Notes: generated by a model not told the origin, from the letters alone. 64,000 nucleotides of DNA from an uncultured Gammaproteobacteria bacterium (GCA_963712695.1 CAVQJD010000011.1:69336-133335), one strand, 5' to 3'. Numbered from the stretch's first letter, positions 29,784-49,662 are shown. A program made the numbers and translations.

Positions 29784-30152
29784 CTACAGCACTTCCGGTG
29801 CCAGCGAAATGATTTTCATGAAACGCTCGCTGCGCAGCTCGCGGGTAACCGGTCCGAAGATACGCGTCCCGATCGGCTGCAGCTGGTTATTGAGCAGCAC
29901 GGCTGCATTACCGTCAAAACGGATCAGCGACCCGTCGGGACGGCGCACACCCTTGCGGGTACGCACCACGACGGCATTGTAGACGTCGCCCTTCTTGACC
30001 TTGCCGCGCGGGATCGCCTCTTTCACACTGACCTTGATGATGTCGCCAATGCGGGCATAGCGGCGGTGCGAGCCACCCAGCACCTTGATGCACATCAGCC
30101 GGCGCGCGCCGCTGTTGTCCGCCACATCAAGAATTGTCTGCATCTGTATCAT
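29784..30152 (-). CDS. rplN: 50S ribosomal protein L14
   Basis: 122 aa starting [28 protein letters not shown]... Confidence 0.97.
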   Translation of the reverse strand: MIQMQTILDVADNSGARRLMCIKVLGGSHRRYARIGDIIKVSVKEAIPRGKVKKGDVYNAVVVRTRKGVRRPDGSLIRFDGNAAVLLNNQLQPIGTRIFGPVTRELRSERFMKIISLAPEVL

Positions 30153-30195
30153 GCTGTTATTCCATTCTGTTTCGTTATGCTAGGCGGGCACGCGA

Positions 30196-30456
30196 TTATT
30201 CGCTGCGCCCGACGACCTCGACCAGCATCCATGACTTGGTCCTGGAATACGGCCGGCATTCCTGGATTGTCACCAGGTCACCTTCGCGGCAGGTGTTGTT
30301 TTCATCATGTATGTGGAGCTTGGTCGAGCGCCGGATGTACTTGCCATACACCGGGTGCTTGACCTTGCGCTCGATCAGGACGGTGGCTGTCTTGTCCATC
30401 TTGTCGCTGACGACCTTGCCGGTGAGCGTGCGGATTGCCTGGTTCATCTCGCTCAT
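30196..30456 (-). CDS. rpsQ: 30S ribosomal protein S17
   Basis: 86 aa with ...[44 protein letters not shown]... Confidence 0.97.
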   Translation of the reverse strand: MSEMNQAIRTLTGKVVSDKMDKTATVLIERKVKHPVYGKYIRRSTKLHIHDENNTCREGDLVTIQECRPYSRTKSWMLVEVVGRSE

Positions 30457-30659
30457 ACTTTCTCGCCTGCCTTCGCTTTTTCGTTCAACACGGTATAGAC
30501 CCTGGCAATATCCTTGCGCACCCTGGTGATCTGGTTCGGGCGCGACAGCTGACCTATCCCGCGCTGCATGCTGAGGTTGAATTTCTCGCGCAGCAGGTTC
30601 TCCAGTTCCAACCGGAGTTCGCTGACCGATTTGCTTCTCATCTCGTCGGCATTCATCAC
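30453..30659 (-). CDS. rpmC: 50S ribosomal protein L29
   Basis: 68 aa with ...[29 protein letters not shown]...; 4-nt overlaps with both rplP and rpsQ. Confidence 0.95.
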   Translation of the reverse strand: MMNADEMRSKSVSELRLELENLLREKFNLSMQRGIGQLSRPNQITRVRKDIARVYTVLNEKAKAGEKV

Positions 30660-31069
30660 ATCACCGTCCGTGCTACAAATGTTGTCTTGAAGGGCAGTTT
30701 TGCCGCTGCCAGCTTGAACGCCTCGCGTGCATCGGCCTCCGAGACACCCTCAATTTCATACAGCATGCGACCGGGCTGTATCTGGGCGATCCAGTATTCC
30801 ACATTGCCCTTGCCCTTGCCCTGGCGCACCTCGATCGGCTTCTTGGTGATCGGTACGTCCGGAAACACCCGGATCCACAGCTTGCCACCACGCTTGACGA
30901 AACGCGTGATGGTGCGGCGCGCTGCCTCGATCTGGCGCGAGGTCATGCGGCCACGATCGGCCGCCTTCAGGCCGTACTCACCGAAACTGACCTTGCTGCC
31001 GCGCTGCGCCAGGCCACGGTTACGACCTTTCTGCTGCTTGCGAAATTTTGTTCTCTTGGGCTGTAACAT
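30656..31069 (-). CDS. rplP: 50S ribosomal protein L16
   Basis: 137 aa starting [21 protein letters not shown]... Confidence 0.97.
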   Translation of the reverse strand: MLQPKRTKFRKQQKGRNRGLAQRGSKVSFGEYGLKAADRGRMTSRQIEAARRTITRFVKRGGKLWIRVFPDVPITKKPIEVRQGKGKGNVEYWIAQIQPGRMLYEIEGVSEADAREAFKLAAAKLPFKTTFVARTVM

Positions 31070-31087
31070 GTCTGTCGTTCTCCGCTA

Positions 31088-31762
31088 TCAGGAAGCCGCC
31101 TTGCGCGCGCCTTCCGTCTCGGTCTCTTCTTCCCGGCCGATAACCTCGCCCTTGAAGATCCACACCTTTACGCCAATCTTTCCGTAAGTGGTGTTGGCTT
31201 CGGCGGTGCCGTAATCGATATCTGCGCGCAGCGTATGGAGCGGCACGCGACCCTCGCGATACCACTCGTCACGCGCGATTTCGGCGCCGTTCAGACGGCC
31301 ACCCACCTTGATCTTGATACCCTGCGCACCGATGCGCATGGAATTGCTTACCGCGCGCTTCATGGCACGCCGGAACATGATGCGTCGTTCCAGCTGCTGC
31401 GCGACACTTTCGGCGACCAGTGTTGCGTCAAGTTCCGGCTTGCGGATTTCCTCGATATTGATGCTCACCGGCACGCCCATCTTTTCGGATATTTCCTTGC
31501 GCAGGCTGTCGATATCCTCGCCCTTTTTGCCGATCACGATGCCGGGGCGCGCAGTATGCACGGTAATCACGGCATTTTGTGCCGGGCGTGCAATCTGGAT
31601 GCGGCTCACCGACGCCTGCGACAGGCGCTTTCTGATGAATTCACGGATCTTGAGATCCATGTTCAGGTAATCGGCATAATTACCGGCACCGGCATACCAG
31701 GTGGACGTCCAGTCCTTGACGATGCCAAGCCTTATACCTGTTGGATGTACTTTTTGACCCAT
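31088..31762 (-). CDS. rpsC: 30S ribosomal protein S3
   Basis: 224 aa starting [24 protein letters not shown]... Confidence 0.97.
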   Translation of the reverse strand: MGQKVHPTGIRLGIVKDWTSTWYAGAGNYADYLNMDLKIREFIRKRLSQASVSRIQIARPAQNAVITVHTARPGIVIGKKGEDIDSLRKEISEKMGVPVSINIEEIRKPELDATLVAESVAQQLERRIMFRRAMKRAVSNSMRIGAQGIKIKVGGRLNGAEIARDEWYREGRVPLHTLRADIDYGTAEANTTYGKIGVKVWIFKGEVIGREEETETEGARKAAS

Positions 31763-31792
31763 GCTGCTGTCTGCCTCTGCCTGTTAGTCCTG

Positions 31793-32122
31793 TCAGTCGC
31801 CCACCGTGACGGTGATATGGCTGCTACGTTTCAGAATCCTGTTACCGCGGCCCTTTGCACGTGCCTGAAAACGTTTCAGGGTGCGCGCCTCGTCGACGAA
31901 GATGGCAGCGACCTTGAGTTCATCAATGTCAGCACCTTCGTTGTGCTCCGCATTCGCAATAGCCGATTCCAGCACCTTGCGTACAATGCCTGCCGCCTTC
32001 TTCTCGCTGAACAACAGCAAATTAAGCGCCTTCTCGACCGGCATGCCACGCACCTGGTCTGCTACCAGGCGGGCCTTCTGCGGTGAGATGTGCACCTGTT
32101 TCAATTTCGCACTGACCTGCAT
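31793..32122 (-). CDS. rplV: 50S ribosomal protein L22
   Basis: 109 aa starting [33 protein letters not shown]... Confidence 0.97.
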   Translation of the reverse strand: MQVSAKLKQVHISPQKARLVADQVRGMPVEKALNLLLFSEKKAAGIVRKVLESAIANAEHNEGADIDELKVAAIFVDEARTLKRFQARAKGRGNRILKRSSHITVTVGD

Positions 32123-32133
32123 TGCTCTGTCCT

Positions 32134-32406
32134 CTACTTCGACTTCTTGTCGGCTACGTGCCCGCGGAACGTCCGGGTCAGGGCAAACTCACCCAGTTTG
32201 TGTCCGACCATGTTTTCGTTGACCAGCACCGGTACATGCTGGCGCCCGTTGTGAATGGCGATCGTGAGACCGACCATTTCCGGGATCACCATCGAACGAC
32301 GTGACCAGGTCTTGATTGGACGCTTGTTGCGTTCAGCAACCGCCTTGTCCACCTTCTGCTGCAGGTGGTTGTCAATGAACGGACCTTTTCTGATTGAACG
32401 TGCCAC
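32134..32406 (-). CDS. rpsS: 30S ribosomal protein S19
   Basis: 90 aa starting [19 protein letters not shown]... Confidence 0.97.
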   Translation of the reverse strand: MARSIRKGPFIDNHLQQKVDKAVAERNKRPIKTWSRRSMVIPEMVGLTIAIHNGRQHVPVLVNENMVGHKLGEFALTRTFRGHVADKKSK

Positions 32407-32425
32407 TGTTTCGAATCCTCAATGA

Positions 32426-33253
32426 TTACTTCTTGTTGCGCCGCCTGACGATCATGTTGTCCGTGCGCTTGTTGCTGCGCGTGCGGTAACCCTTGGTCGG
32501 AGTACCCCACGGACTCACCGGGTGACGGCCACCTGAAGTGCGACCTTCACCGCCACCATGCGGATGATCGACCGGGTTCATGGCAACTCCACGCACCGTC
32601 GGGCGCTTGCCGCGCCAGCGTGTTGCACCGGCCTTTCCGAGCGAGCGCAGACCGTGTTCAGTGTTACCGACTTCGCCAATGGTGGCGATGCAGTCGGATA
32701 GCACCTTGCGCATTTCACCGGAACGCAGGCGCAGGGTGGCATGATCGCCACTGCGCGCCACCAGCTGCGCACTGCTGCCGGCACTGCGTGCCAGCTGGCC
32801 GCCCTTGCCCGGCTTCAGCTCGACGTTATGCACCATTGAACCGACCGGAATATTGCGCATGGGCATGGCATTGCCGGGCTTGATCGGTGCATCACTGCCG
32901 TTGCGAATCTCGTCGCCGGCCTTGACACCCTTGGGTGCCAGGATATAGCGACGCTCGCCGTCCGCGTACAGCAGCAGCGCTATGTGCGCCGAGCGGTTCG
33001 GGTCGTATTCAATTCGTTCCACTTTCGCCGGCACACCAAGCTTGTTGCGCTTGAAATCGATCAGGCGATAGTGCTGCTTGTGCCCGCCGCCCTGATGACG
33101 CGTGGTGATCCGGCCGGCATTGTTCCTGCCGCCGTTCTTGCGCTTCACGTCGAGCAGCGCAGTGTGCGGCTCACCCTTGTGCAGCTCCGGAGTACGCACG
33201 GAGATTACGAAGCGTCGGCCCGGTGATGTTGGTTTGGCTTTAACGAGTGGCAT
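32426..33253 (-). CDS. rplB: 50S ribosomal protein L2
   Basis: 275 aa starting [19 protein letters not shown]... and containing ...[15 protein letters not shown]... Confidence 0.97.
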   Translation of the reverse strand: MPLVKAKPTSPGRRFVISVRTPELHKGEPHTALLDVKRKNGGRNNAGRITTRHQGGGHKQHYRLIDFKRNKLGVPAKVERIEYDPNRSAHIALLLYADGERRYILAPKGVKAGDEIRNGSDAPIKPGNAMPMRNIPVGSMVHNVELKPGKGGQLARSAGSSAQLVARSGDHATLRLRSGEMRKVLSDCIATIGEVGNTEHGLRSLGKAGATRWRGKRPTVRGVAMNPVDHPHGGGEGRTSGGRHPVSPWGTPTKGYRTRSNKRTDNMIVRRRNKK

Positions 33254-33294
33254 TATACTGTTCCCTTGTGCAAAGGTCGCGCTTTATACGCAAA

Positions 33295-33591
33295 CTACTC
33301 CGCGCCCATGAAATCGATGTCGTGCCCTTCGGCCAGGGTCACGTAGGCCTTTTTCCAGTCTGCCCGCCGTCCGGTTGTTGCACCCTGGCGCTTGACCTTG
33401 CCGCGCATATTGCTGATCCGGACATTGTCGACCTTGACATTGAACATCAGTTCGACAGCCTTCCTGACATCAGGCTTGCTGGTGCCCGGCAGTACTTTAA
33501 ACACGAACTGGCGATGTGCTTCTGCCAGACGCGTACTCTTTTCCGATACAATCGGGGCCAGCAGTACCTTCATCAATTGTTCCCGGTTCAT
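33295..33591 (-). CDS. rplW: 50S ribosomal protein L23
   Basis: The internal Met at 33591 gives [24 protein letters not shown]... (98 aa), with an ATGA overlap onto the rplD stop. The longer ORF to 33687 runs into rplD. Confidence 0.95.
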   Translation of the reverse strand: MNREQLMKVLLAPIVSEKSTRLAEAHRQFVFKVLPGTSKPDVRKAVELMFNVKVDNVRISNMRGKVKRQGATTGRRADWKKAYVTLAEGHDIDFMGAE

Positions 33592-34193
33592 GCCAGACGC
33601 TCCTCCAGCTGCTTCAACGCGCCGGTGGTTATCAGTATCTTGTCGAAACCGATCAGGCTTACCGGGTCGGCATCTGTCACATCGCACACGGCAACCCGCG
33701 GCAGGTTGCGTGCAGCCAGATACAACCTGTCATCCGCCATATCGGTGATGATCAGCACGTTGTCCAGGCCCATGTCCTTCAGCTTGCCAGCCAATTCACG
33801 CGTCTTCGGCGCGGTGACATCGAACGCCTCGATCGTCAGCAAGCGGTCCTGGCGCAGCAGTTCGGACAGGATCGAGCGCATGGCCGAACGATACATCTTG
33901 CGGTTGACCTTCTGCGCATAGCTGCGCGGCACTGAAGCGAAAACCTTGCCGCCGCCACGCCATAGCGGGCTGCGGATAGTGCCGGCACGTGCGCGGCCGG
34001 TACCCTTCTGGCGCCACGGCTTGATGCCGCCACCGCTGACCAGGGCGCGGTTTTTCTGCTGCGAATTGCCGGAGCGATCAGCCGCCATGCAGGCGGTCAC
34101 GACCTGATGTACCAGCGCTTCCTTGAAGTCCTGGCCGAAGACGGCATCGGAAACCTTGATCTTCGCCTTGGCACCCTGTAACTGTAAATCCAT
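33588..34193 (-). CDS. rplD: 50S ribosomal protein L4
   Basis: The internal Met at 34193 gives [23 protein letters not shown]... (201 aa). The 339-aa ORF extension overlaps rplC in another frame. Confidence 0.95.
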   Translation of the reverse strand: MDLQLQGAKAKIKVSDAVFGQDFKEALVHQVVTACMAADRSGNSQQKNRALVSGGGIKPWRQKGTGRARAGTIRSPLWRGGGKVFASVPRSYAQKVNRKMYRSAMRSILSELLRQDRLLTIEAFDVTAPKTRELAGKLKDMGLDNVLIITDMADDRLYLAARNLPRVAVCDVTDADPVSLIGFDKILITTGALKQLEERLA

Positions 34194-34204
34194 TGTAATT
34201 ACTC

Positions 34205-34846
34205 CTAGCGCGCCTTGACTGCCGGACGAATGATTACATCGCCGCCCCTGGCGCCCGGCACCGAACCCTTTACCAGCAGCAGGTTGCGCTCGGCATCCAC
34301 GCGCACGACCACGATATTCTGTGTGCTGCGGCGCACGTTGCCGAGGTGTCCGCACATCTTCTTGCCCTTGACGACACGACCCGGGGTCTGGTTCTGACCG
34401 ATAGAGCCCGGCGCCCGATGCGACAGCGAGTTGCCATGCGTCGCGTCCTGCATGCTGAAGTGATAGCGCTTGATCACGCCGGCGAAACCCTTGCCGATCG
34501 AGGTTCCGGTGACATCGACTTTCTGGCCGGGTTCGAACATTTCGACCCTGATCTCGCTGCCGACCTGGATGTCCTCGCCCTCGCCGTCGGCGAGCGGGAA
34601 TTCCCACAAGCCACGCCCCGCCTCGGTACCGGCCTTCGCAAAATGCCCGGCCATGGGACGGGTTACGCGCGAGGCCTTGCGGGAACCTGTGGTTACCTGC
34701 AGTGCACGATATCCATCCGTGTCGGCGGTCTTGACCTGTGTCACGCGGTTCGGTTCGACCGCGATCACCGTAACCGGCACGGTGACACCGTCATCACCGA
34801 TGATGCGTGTCATGCCTGCCTTGCGTCCTACTATTCCGATAGTCAT
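34205..34846 (-). CDS. rplC: 50S ribosomal protein L3
   Basis: 213 aa starting [28 protein letters not shown]... Confidence 0.97.
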   Translation of the reverse strand: MTIGIVGRKAGMTRIIGDDGVTVPVTVIAVEPNRVTQVKTADTDGYRALQVTTGSRKASRVTRPMAGHFAKAGTEAGRGLWEFPLADGEGEDIQVGSEIRVEMFEPGQKVDVTGTSIGKGFAGVIKRYHFSMQDATHGNSLSHRAPGSIGQNQTPGRVVKGKKMCGHLGNVRRSTQNIVVVRVDAERNLLLVKGSVPGARGGDVIIRPAVKAR

Positions 34847-34857
34847 ATCGATACCCG

Positions 34858-35290
<433 letters not shown>

Positions 35291-36481
35291 TTATTCGATA
35301 ATCTTCGCTACCACGCCGGCGCCAACGGTACGGCCACCTTCGCGTATCGCAAAGCGCAAACCCTCTTCCATCGCAATCGGCGCAATCAGCGATACCATCA
35401 TCTTCACATTGTCTCCCGGCATCACCATCTCAACACCTTCCGGCAGATCCACCGCTCCCGTCACGTCCGTCGTGCGAAAGTAAAACTGCGGACGGTAATT
35501 ACTGAAGAACGGCGTGTGACGACCACCCTCCTCCTTGCTCAGCACGTATACCTCACACTCAAACTTCGTGTGCGGCTTGATACTCCCCGGCTTGCACAGC
35601 ACCTGACCACGCTCCACATCCTCACGCTTCGTGCCACGCAGCAACACACCCACATTGTCACCCGCCTGACCCTGGTCCAGCAGCTTGCGAAACATCTCCA
35701 CACCCGTGCACGTCGTCTTCGAGGTCGGATTGATACCCACAATCTCAATCTCGTCACCTACCTTCACCACACCACGCTCGATACGTCCCGTCACCACCGT
35801 GCCACGACCCGATATCGAAAACACATCCTCCACCGGCATCAGAAAACTACCGTCCACCGCACGCTCCGGCTGCGGAATGTAACGGTCCATCTCCTCCACC
35901 AGCTTGACGATCGACGGCACGCCAATCTCACTCGTGTCACCTTCCAGCGCCTTCAGCGCAGAACCCGTCACAATCGGCGTGTCATCCCCGGGAAAATCAT
36001 AACTGTCCAGCAACTCCCGGATCTCCATCTCCACCAGCTCCAGAAGCTCCGCATCATCCACCATGTCCGCCTTGTTCATGTACACCAGAATGTACGGAAC
36101 ACCGACCTGACGACTCAGCAAAATGTGCTCGCGCGTCTGCGGCATCGGACCATCCGCCGCACTCACCACCAGAATCGCTCCGTCCATCTGCGCCGCACCC
36201 GTGATCATGTTCTTCACATAATCCGCATGCCCCGGACAGTCCACGTGCGCATAATGACGGTTCTTCGACTCGTACTCCACATGCGCCGTCGCAATCGTAA
36301 TACCACGCGCACGCTCTTCCGGCGCATTGTCAATCTGGTCATAGGCCTTGAACGTACCACCGTGCGCCTCCGCCATCACCTTCGTGATCGCCGCCGTCAA
36401 CGTCGTCTTCCCGTGATCCACGTGGCCAATCGTCCCCACATTCACATGCGGCTTCGTTCGTTCAAATTTTTCCTTTGACAC
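35291..36481 (-). CDS. tufA: Elongation factor Tu (copy in the str operon; GTG start)
   Basis: 396 aa starting (M)[27 protein letters not shown]... The protein is identical to the copy at 52038-53228. The start codon is GTG (revcomp of cac at 36479-36481). Confidence 0.98.
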   Translation of the reverse strand: MSKEKFERTKPHVNVGTIGHVDHGKTTLTAAITKVMAEAHGGTFKAYDQIDNAPEERARGITIATAHVEYESKNRHYAHVDCPGHADYVKNMITGAAQMDGAILVVSAADGPMPQTREHILLSRQVGVPYILVYMNKADMVDDAELLELVEMEIRELLDSYDFPGDDTPIVTGSALKALEGDTSEIGVPSIVKLVEEMDRYIPQPERAVDGSFLMPVEDVFSISGRGTVVTGRIERGVVKVGDEIEIVGINPTSKTTCTGVEMFRKLLDQGQAGDNVGVLLRGTKREDVERGQVLCKPGSIKPHTKFECEVYVLSKEEGGRHTPFFSNYRPQFYFRTTDVTGAVDLPEGVEMVMPGDNVKMMVSLIAPIAMEEGLRFAIREGGRTVGAGVVAKIIE

Positions 36482-36518
36482 GACTTTATTCCTCTATGTT
36501 CGTCAGATTAATAAAAGC

Positions 36519-38615
<2,097 letters not shown>

Positions 38616-38654
38616 GGTCGTAGTCCTGCTCGTCTGTATATGTCTGGCGTCTGC

Positions 38655-39134
<480 letters not shown>

Positions 39135-39163
39135 TCAAATCAATATTCGTTGTTCGACCTGGA

Positions 39164-39538
39164 TCACGATTTCGGGCGCTTGGCGCCGTACTTGGAGCGG
39201 CCCTGACGGCGGCTGGTCACGCCGGAGGTGTCGAGGCTGCCGCGCACGGTGTGATAGCGCACACCCGGCAGGTCCTTGACGCGGCCGCCGCGGATCAGCA
39301 CCACCGAGTGCTCCTGCAGGTTGTGGCCCTCGCCACCAATATACGTAGTGACTTCGAAACCGTTGGTCAGCCGTACGCGCGCGACCTTGCGCAGTGCCGA
39401 GTTCGGCTTCTTCGGGGTCGTGGTGTAGACGCGTGTGCAAACCCCGCGCTTCTGGGGGCAGGCCTCCAGCGCCGGTACGGTACTTTTTTCCCGTTTACGG
39501 GAGCGCGGATTGCGCACTAATTGATTAATTGTGGCCAT
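39164..39538 (-). CDS. rpsL: 30S ribosomal protein S12
   Basis: 124 aa starting [51 protein letters not shown]... Confidence 0.98.
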   Translation of the reverse strand: MATINQLVRNPRSRKREKSTVPALEACPQKRGVCTRVYTTTPKKPNSALRKVARVRLTNGFEVTTYIGGEGHNLQEHSVVLIRGGRVKDLPGVRYHTVRGSLDTSGVTSRRQGRSKYGAKRPKS

Positions 39539-39584
39539 TACTCAAAAAAACCCCGAGATTTAGATCGAAATTATTCTACAGCTG

Positions 39585-39619
39585 AAAAGAAACGACAGGC
39601 CGGTTGGGCCGGCCTGTCG
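39585..39619 (-). terminator. Rho-independent terminator after rpoC
   Basis: The minus strand reads cgacaggccgg-cccaa-ccggcctgtcg followed by tttctttt, about 50 nt past the rpoC stop. Confidence 0.8.
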
Positions 39620-39668
39620 AAAGGAGCGGAATTCTAGAAGCAGGGCACTGCCCTGTCAAGGATGTTTT

Positions 39669-43898
<4,230 letters not shown>

Positions 43899-43965
43899 CG
43901 TCTCTCCTGCACGTGGAGTGTCGCGTTACCGGCGAACCGGCTGCTGATATTCCTGTTGCCTGTTC

Positions 43966-46900
43966 CTAATCCTGTTCCAGCTCGATATTGAGCCCGAGCG
44001 AGCGTATTTCCTTGACCAGCACGTTGAAGGATTCCGGCATGCCGGCGTCCATGTGGTGGTTGCCGTCCACGATATTCTTGTACATCTTGGTACGACCGTT
44101 TACGTCGTCGGACTTGACGGTCAGCATCTCCTGCAGGGTGTAGGCGGCGCCATAGGCCTCCAGCGCCCAAACCTCCATTTCGCCGAAGCGCTGGCCACCG
44201 AACTGCGCCTTGCCGCCCAGCGGTTGCTGGGTAACCAGACTGTAGGGGCCGGTGGAACGGGCATGCATCTTGTCATCGACCAGGTGGTTGAGCTTGAGCA
44301 TGTACATATAGCCAACCGTTACCTCGCGGTCGAAAGCATCACCGGTGCGCCCGTCATACAGCGTGGTCTGGCCGCTGGCCGGCAGGTCCGCCAGTTCCAG
44401 CATGTACTTGATCGCCGCTTCCGGCGCGCCATCGAACACCGGTGTTGCCATCGGCACGCCTTTCACCAGGTTGCTGGCCAGGTCGATGATTTCCGCGTCA
44501 TTCAGCGAATTGAGGTCTTCCTTGCGGCCGCTGGAGTTATAGATTTTCTCGAGGAAGCCGCGGATATCGGCAACTTTCTGCTGCGCTTCCAGCATCTTGC
44601 CGATCTTGATACCCAGCCCCTTGGCGGCCCAGCCCAGGTGCGTCTCCAGCACCTGGCCGATGTTCATGCGCGATGGCACACCGAGCGGGTTGAGTACGAT
44701 GTCGACCGCGGTGCCATCGGCGGTGAACGGCATGTCCTCCACCGGCTGGATCATCGAAATCACGCCCTTGTTGCCGTGCCGGCCGGCCATCTTGTCGCCC
44801 GGCTGAACGCGGCGCTTTACCGCGAGGTACACCTTGACCATCTTGAGCACGCCCGGCGCCAGATCGTCGCCGGTGGTGAGTTTCTTGCGCTTGTCTTCCA
44901 GGCGCTGCTCGAAGTCGTTACGCATCTGCTTGAGCTGTTCGGCGGCCTTCTCCAGGTCGGCGTTGGCATCCTCGTTACGCAGGCGGATCTCGAACCATTT
45001 GTCACGCCCGATATCAGTCAGATAGTCCCTGGTAATCTTGCTGCCAGCGGCCAGTTTCTTCGGTCCGCCCTCGGCCAGCTTGCCGGCGAGCAGCATGCCG
45101 ACACGCTCGTAGATATCGTCTTCCATGATGCGCATCTGGTCGTTCAGGTCCTTGCGAATCGCTGCCAGCTGCTCGTCCTGGATCTGCAGCGCGCGGGCGT
45201 CTTTCTCCACGCCGTCGCGGGTGAACACCTGCACGTCGATGACAGTGCCGTCCATACCGCTGGGCACACGCAGCGAGGTGTCCTTCACGTCGGACGCCTT
45301 CTCGCCGAAGATGGCGCGCAGCAGTTTTTCTTCCGGCGTCAGCTGGGTCTCGCCCTTGGGTGTCACCTTGCCAACCAGGATGTCGCCCGGCTTTACCTCG
45401 GCACCGATATACACGATGCCGGACTCGTCCAGCTTGGCGAGTGCGCTTTCGCCGACGTTCGGAATATCGCCGGTGATTTCCTCCGAACCCAGCTTGGTAT
45501 CGCGGGCTACCGAGGTCAGTTCCTCGATATGGATGGTGGTAAAGCGGTCTTCCTCCACCACGCGCTCGGAAATGAGGATGGAATCCTCGAAGTTGTAGCC
45601 GTTCCAGGGCATGAAGGCGACCAGCAGGTTCTGCCCCAGCGCCAGCTCACCGAAGTCGGTACTCGGACCGTCGGCGAGCACGTCGCCGCGCGCGATGACA
45701 TCACCCGGACGCACCAGCGGACGCTGGTTAATGCAGGTATTCTGGTTGGAACGCGTGTACTTGGTCAGGTTGTAGATATCGACACCCGGCTCACCGGCCA
45801 CGGTCTCCTGATCGTTGACCTTGACCACGATACGGCCCGCGTCAACGGAATCCACCACGCCACCGCGTCGCGCAACCACGGTCACACCGGAGTCGATCGC
45901 TACAGTGCGTTCAATACCGGTACCCACCAGCGGCTTCTCCGTTATCAGCGTCGGGACTGCCTGACGCTGCATGTTGGAACCCATCAGTGCACGGTTCGCG
46001 TCATCATGTTCCAGGAACGGGATCAGCGCTGCTGCAACCGAAACGATCTGCTTTGGCGAGATATCGATGTAGTCGACCTTGTCCGGTATCGAGGTCGTGA
46101 ATTCGTTCTTGTGGCGGCAGGTCACCAGGTCCTCGGTCAGGTTACCCTTCGCATCCACGGTGGCATTGGCCTGCGCGATGACATACTGGCCTTCCTCGAT
46201 GGCGGACAGGTACACGATCCTGTCAGTAACGCGACCGCTCTCGACTTTCTGGTACGGGGTTTCCAGGAAGCCGTATTCATTGGTGCGCGAATACACGGCA
46301 AGCGAATTGATCAGACCGATGTTCGGGCCTTCCGGCGTCTCGATCGGGCAGACACGGCCATAATGGGTCGGGTGCACGTCGCGCACCTCGAATCCGGCAC
46401 GCTCGCGCGTCAGACCACCCGGACCCAGCGCGGAGACGCGGCGTTTGTGGGTGACCTCGGACAATGGGTTGTTCTGGTCCATGAACTGCGACAGCTGGCT
46501 GGAGCCAAAGAATTCCTTCACGGCAGCGGCCACCGGCTTGGCATTTATCAGTTCCTGCGGCATCAGGCTTTCAGACTCCGCCAGGCTGAGACGTTCCTTG
46601 ACAGCGCGCTCCACGCGCACCAGGCCGATGCGGAACACGTTCTCGGCCATCTCACCCACACAGCGGATGCGGCGGTTGCCGAGGTGATCGATATCGTCGA
46701 CGTAGCCGTTGCCATTGCGGATGTCCACCAGAGTCCTGAGCACGTGCAGGATGTCGGAACCATAGCCATGGATGGCCTGTTTCAGATTGCCCCAGCTCAG
46801 GGTCTCGCCGCCGGCGCCGGCGGCGCGCGCCAGCTGCACGATGTTCGCGTCGATATTCGCGAGGGAAATCTCGTGTGCATCGTTCTTCGGCTTGAGTCTG

Positions 46901-48213
46901 GTTTCCAGCTCGTTGATGAGGTACACGTCGTCGATCAGGATACCGGGTCCGGCCACCTCGTCACGTCCGATGCGGCGGTTGAACTTCATGCGGCCGACCG
47001 CGGACAGGTCATAGCGATCACTGGTAAAGAACAGGTTACGGAACAGATTCTGCGCGGCGTCCTTGGTCGGTGGCTCGCCCGGTCGCATCATGCGGTAGAT
47101 CTCGACCATGGCATCCAGTTCGTTGGTGGTTGGGTCGATGCGCAGGGTGCTGGAAATATACGGGCCACGATCGAGGTCGTTGACGTACAGCGTGCTGAGT
47201 TCCTTGACGCCGGCATCGATCAGCCTGGCCAGCAGCTCCTTGCCGATTTCATCGTTGGCACTGGCGATTATCTCACCGGTTTCCTTGTCGATAATGTTGC
47301 GCGCGACGATCTTGCCAATCAGATAGTCCTCGGGCACGACCAGCGTCTTCACGCCGGCCTTTTCGAGTTCGCGGATATGACGCGCAGTCACGCGCCGGCC
47401 TTCCTCGACGATGACCTTGCCCTTCACCTTGATCTCGAAACTGGCCACCTCGCCACGCAGACGTTCGGCCACCAGGTCGAGCTTGATTTCGTTCTTGCTG
47501 AAATGGAACGTGTTGGTCTCGAAGAACAGATCGAGAATGCGCTCGTTGTCATACCCCAGTGCGCGCAGCAGTATGGTTGCCGGCAGCTTGCGGCGGCGGT
47601 CGATGCGCACGAACACGCAATCCTTGGGATCGAACTCCATATCCAGCCAGGAACCGCGGTAGGGAATCACACGTGCCGAGAACAGCAGCTTGCCGGAGGA
47701 ATGGGTCTTGCCCTTGTCGTGATCGAAGAACACACCCGGCGAGCGGTGCAACTGGGACACGATCACGCGTTCGGTGCCGTTGATCACGAACGTGCCATTC
47801 TCGGTCATCAGCGGCAGTTCGCCCATGTAGACTTCCTGCTCCTTGATGTCCTTGATCTTCTTGGCATCGGCCGGCGATTCCTTGTCGTAGATGACCAGGC
47901 GTACCAGCGCACGCAGCGGCGCCGCATAGGTCAACCCGCGCAGCTGGCATTCCTTGACATCGAAGGTGGGCTCGCCGAGGCGATAGTTGACGTAGTCGAG
48001 TGCGGCGTTGCCGGAATAGCTGACAATCGGGAAAACCGAACTGAACGCGGCGTGCAGGCCCTTGTCATCGCGTGACTCGGGGGCCTTGTCGGCTTGCAGG
48101 AAGTCACGATAGGACTCGATCTGGGTCGCCAGCAGATAGGGGACTTCCAGAATGCTGTGGCGCTCGCCAAAGTCCTTGCGGATGCGTTTCTTCTCGGTGT
48201 AGCTATAAGCCAT
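43966..48213 (-). CDS. rpoB: DNA-directed RNA polymerase subunit beta (with a ~57-aa lineage-specific insertion)
   Basis: 1415 aa starting [35 protein letters not shown]... and containing ...[20 protein letters not shown]... Confidence 0.98.
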   Translation of the reverse strand: MAYSYTEKKRIRKDFGERHSILEVPYLLATQIESYRDFLQADKAPESRDDKGLHAAFSSVFPIVSYSGNAALDYVNYRLGEPTFDVKECQLRGLTYAAPLRALVRLVIYDKESPADAKKIKDIKEQEVYMGELPLMTENGTFVINGTERVIVSQLHRSPGVFFDHDKGKTHSSGKLLFSARVIPYRGSWLDMEFDPKDCVFVRIDRRRKLPATILLRALGYDNERILDLFFETNTFHFSKNEIKLDLVAERLRGEVASFEIKVKGKVIVEEGRRVTARHIRELEKAGVKTLVVPEDYLIGKIVARNIIDKETGEIIASANDEIGKELLARLIDAGVKELSTLYVNDLDRGPYISSTLRIDPTTNELDAMVEIYRMMRPGEPPTKDAAQNLFRNLFFTSDRYDLSAVGRMKFNRRIGRDEVAGPGILIDDVYLINELETRLKPKNDAHEISLANIDANIVQLARAAGAGGETLSWGNLKQAIHGYGSDILHVLRTLVDIRNGNGYVDDIDHLGNRRIRCVGEMAENVFRIGLVRVERAVKERLSLAESESLMPQELINAKPVAAAVKEFFGSSQLSQFMDQNNPLSEVTHKRRVSALGPGGLTRERAGFEVRDVHPTHYGRVCPIETPEGPNIGLINSLAVYSRTNEYGFLETPYQKVESGRVTDRIVYLSAIEEGQYVIAQANATVDAKGNLTEDLVTCRHKNEFTTSIPDKVDYIDISPKQIVSVAAALIPFLEHDDANRALMGSNMQRQAVPTLITEKPLVGTGIERTVAIDSGVTVVARRGGVVDSVDAGRIVVKVNDQETVAGEPGVDIYNLTKYTRSNQNTCINQRPLVRPGDVIARGDVLADGPSTDFGELALGQNLLVAFMPWNGYNFEDSILISERVVEEDRFTTIHIEELTSVARDTKLGSEEITGDIPNVGESALAKLDESGIVYIGAEVKPGDILVGKVTPKGETQLTPEEKLLRAIFGEKASDVKDTSLRVPSGMDGTVIDVQVFTRDGVEKDARALQIQDEQLAAIRKDLNDQMRIMEDDIYERVGMLLAGKLAEGGPKKLAAGSKITRDYLTDIGRDKWFEIRLRNEDANADLEKAAEQLKQMRNDFEQRLEDKRKKLTTGDDLAPGVLKMVKVYLAVKRRVQPGDKMAGRHGNKGVISMIQPVEDMPFTADGTAVDIVLNPLGVPSRMNIGQVLETHLGWAAKGLGIKIGKMLEAQQKVADIRGFLEKIYNSSGRKEDLNSLNDAEIIDLASNLVKGVPMATPVFDGAPEAAIKYMLELADLPASGQTTLYDGRTGDAFDREVTVGYMYMLKLNHLVDDKMHARSTGPYSLVTQQPLGGKAQFGGQRFGEMEVWALEAYGAAYTLQEMLTVKSDDVNGRTKMYKNIVDGNHHMDAGMPESFNVLVKEIRSLGLNIELEQD

Positions 48214-48316
48214 CGGTTTTCCTCTCCAGTAAAGATGAAGAAAGCTGTGTCAGTGCAGCCGCGCGGGCGTCTGTCACGGACAGGCGTGGCGCGAAGCGCA
48301 CACTGCCCTTTCTTGA

Positions 48317-48359
48317 ACAACAAGCAGAAACAGGCCGGACGCATTAACTGCGTCCAGCC
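48317..48359 (-). terminator. rplL-rpoB intergenic hairpin plus U-rich tract (candidate partial terminator/attenuator)
   Basis: The minus strand reads ggctggacgc-agttaat-gcgtccggcc followed by tgtttctgcttgttgtt, about 55 nt past the rplL stop. An attenuator at this position is known in E. coli. Confidence 0.6.
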
Positions 48360-48412
48360 CGCCCTGTATACCCGGGTTTGCTGTAATCACAAATGGATTA
48401 CGCGCAACCCGC

Positions 48413-48790
48413 TTATTTCAGCTCTACGGTAGCGCCAGCGTCCTCGAGCTGCTTCTTGATATCGGCGGCGGCATCCTTGGAGGCGGCTTCCTTCACGGTT
48501 GAAGGCACGCCTTCCACCATGTCCTTGGCTTCCTTCAGGCCCAGGCCGGTAATGGCGCGTACGGCCTTGATAACACCGACCTTGTTCTCGCCGAAGCTGG
48601 TCATCACGACGTCGAACTCGGTCTGCTCTTCCACCGCGGCAGCTTCACCACCGGCAGCCGGTGCGGCAACCGCGACGGCCGCTGCAGCGGACACGCCGAA
48701 CTTCTCTTCCATGGCGGATATCAGACCGACAACGTCCATCACCGACATGTTTGCAATTGTTTCCAGAATCTCTTCTTGTGAAACGGCCAT
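48413..48790 (-). CDS. rplL: 50S ribosomal protein L7/L12
   Basis: 125 aa starting [38 protein letters not shown]... and containing ...[21 protein letters not shown]... Confidence 0.97.
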   Translation of the reverse strand: MAVSQEEILETIANMSVMDVVGLISAMEEKFGVSAAAAVAVAAPAAGGEAAAVEEQTEFDVVMTSFGENKVGVIKAVRAITGLGLKEAKDMVEGVPSTVKEAASKDAAADIKKQLEDAGATVELK

Positions 48791-48832
48791 TTCGAATACT
48801 CCTGTCTGTAATCTCTAAAAAATTGGATGTGG

Positions 48833-49360
48833 TTAAGCTGCCTGCTTGGCATCGCGGATCGCAGCCACGGTACGCACCAGCTTGCCCGGCACCTCGTTGA
48901 GGGTCTGGGCCAGTTTGATGATCGGGGCCTGCATCACGGACATCAGCATGCTGATTGCCTGGTCGCGGGTCGGGAGCTTGGCCAGCTTGTCGATCTCGGT
49001 TGGCTCAAGCAGTACACCGCCGACGGAAAGCATGGTGACCCTGAACTTGTCGTTTGCCTTGGCAAAGTCCTTGGTCACGCGTGCGGCTGCACCCGGATCC
49101 TCGCGCGAAAATGCCAGGATCAGCGGGCCGGTCAGTCGCTCGCTCATGCATGCGAAGTCAGTTCCTTCCAGGGCACGACGCGCCAGCGTATTCTTCACGA
49201 CGCGCAGATAGACATTGTCTTCGCGCGCCTTGACTCGCAGGCTGGTCAGCTGCTCGACCGTCAATCCGCAGTACTCCGCGGCAACGGCCGAAAAAGCCCC
49301 TTTGGCAACCTCGGTTACTTCAGCGACAACAGCCTTTTTCTCTTCAAGAGTTAACGCCAT
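48833..49360 (-). CDS. rplJ: 50S ribosomal protein L10
   Basis: 175 aa starting MALTLEEKKAVVAEVTEVAKGAFSAVAAEYCGLTVEQLTSLR... Confidence 0.97.
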   Translation of the reverse strand: MALTLEEKKAVVAEVTEVAKGAFSAVAAEYCGLTVEQLTSLRVKAREDNVYLRVVKNTLARRALEGTDFACMSERLTGPLILAFSREDPGAAARVTKDFAKANDKFRVTMLSVGGVLLEPTEIDKLAKLPTRDQAISMLMSVMQAPIIKLAQTLNEVPGKLVRTVAAIRDAKQAA

Positions 49361-49662
49361 TGTGTTTACCTCTTCAGGAAGTCACACCCGGGTTTTACCC
49401 GCGCGCTCCCTTCCCGTTCATTGACATCACGCCGGAAACCGCCCGACGCACTCACCTGGTGATCTACAGACAGGTCATTCGATAACTGTCGTGCGCTCAC
49501 CCTCTGCGCAGGCTGCCTGCCGGTGGCAGACAATTAAACACGACCCGCGTCGCGTACCTGCGGTCTTTGACGGCCAGTCGCACCTGCTACAGGCACGACA
49601 CCAGCGCCAAACCTTCTACTCCCTCCCCCTGAGGGGGGAGCGAGGGATAATGATAAAAACCC
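49361..49662 (-). promoter_or_regulatory. rplA-rplJ intergenic region: expected rplJL promoter and L10 leader
   Basis: A 302-nt untranslated gap upstream of rplJ. A GC hairpin (ctccctccccc-tga-ggggggagcgaggg, about 49619-49648) lies just after the rplA stop. The assignment rests on position and the known L10(L12)4 autoregulation in Gammaproteobacteria, not on a recognised fold. Confidence 0.4.

Noticed and set aside
44053-48075. A 1340-aa plus-strand ORF. Similar long ORFs occur at 39804-41747, 35240-36478, 51987-53225, 37518-38897, 5674-6570, 6625-7731, 13936-15018, 56838-57860 and 18-740.
   Set aside because: All lie antisense to or out of frame with confidently identified genes (rpoB, rpoC, tuf, fusA, uvrA, sulfatase, yhdH-like, ftsI). 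Their translations are Arg/His/Leu/Gln-rich low-complexity strings with no family resemblance. They are typical shadow ORFs of GC-rich coding DNA.
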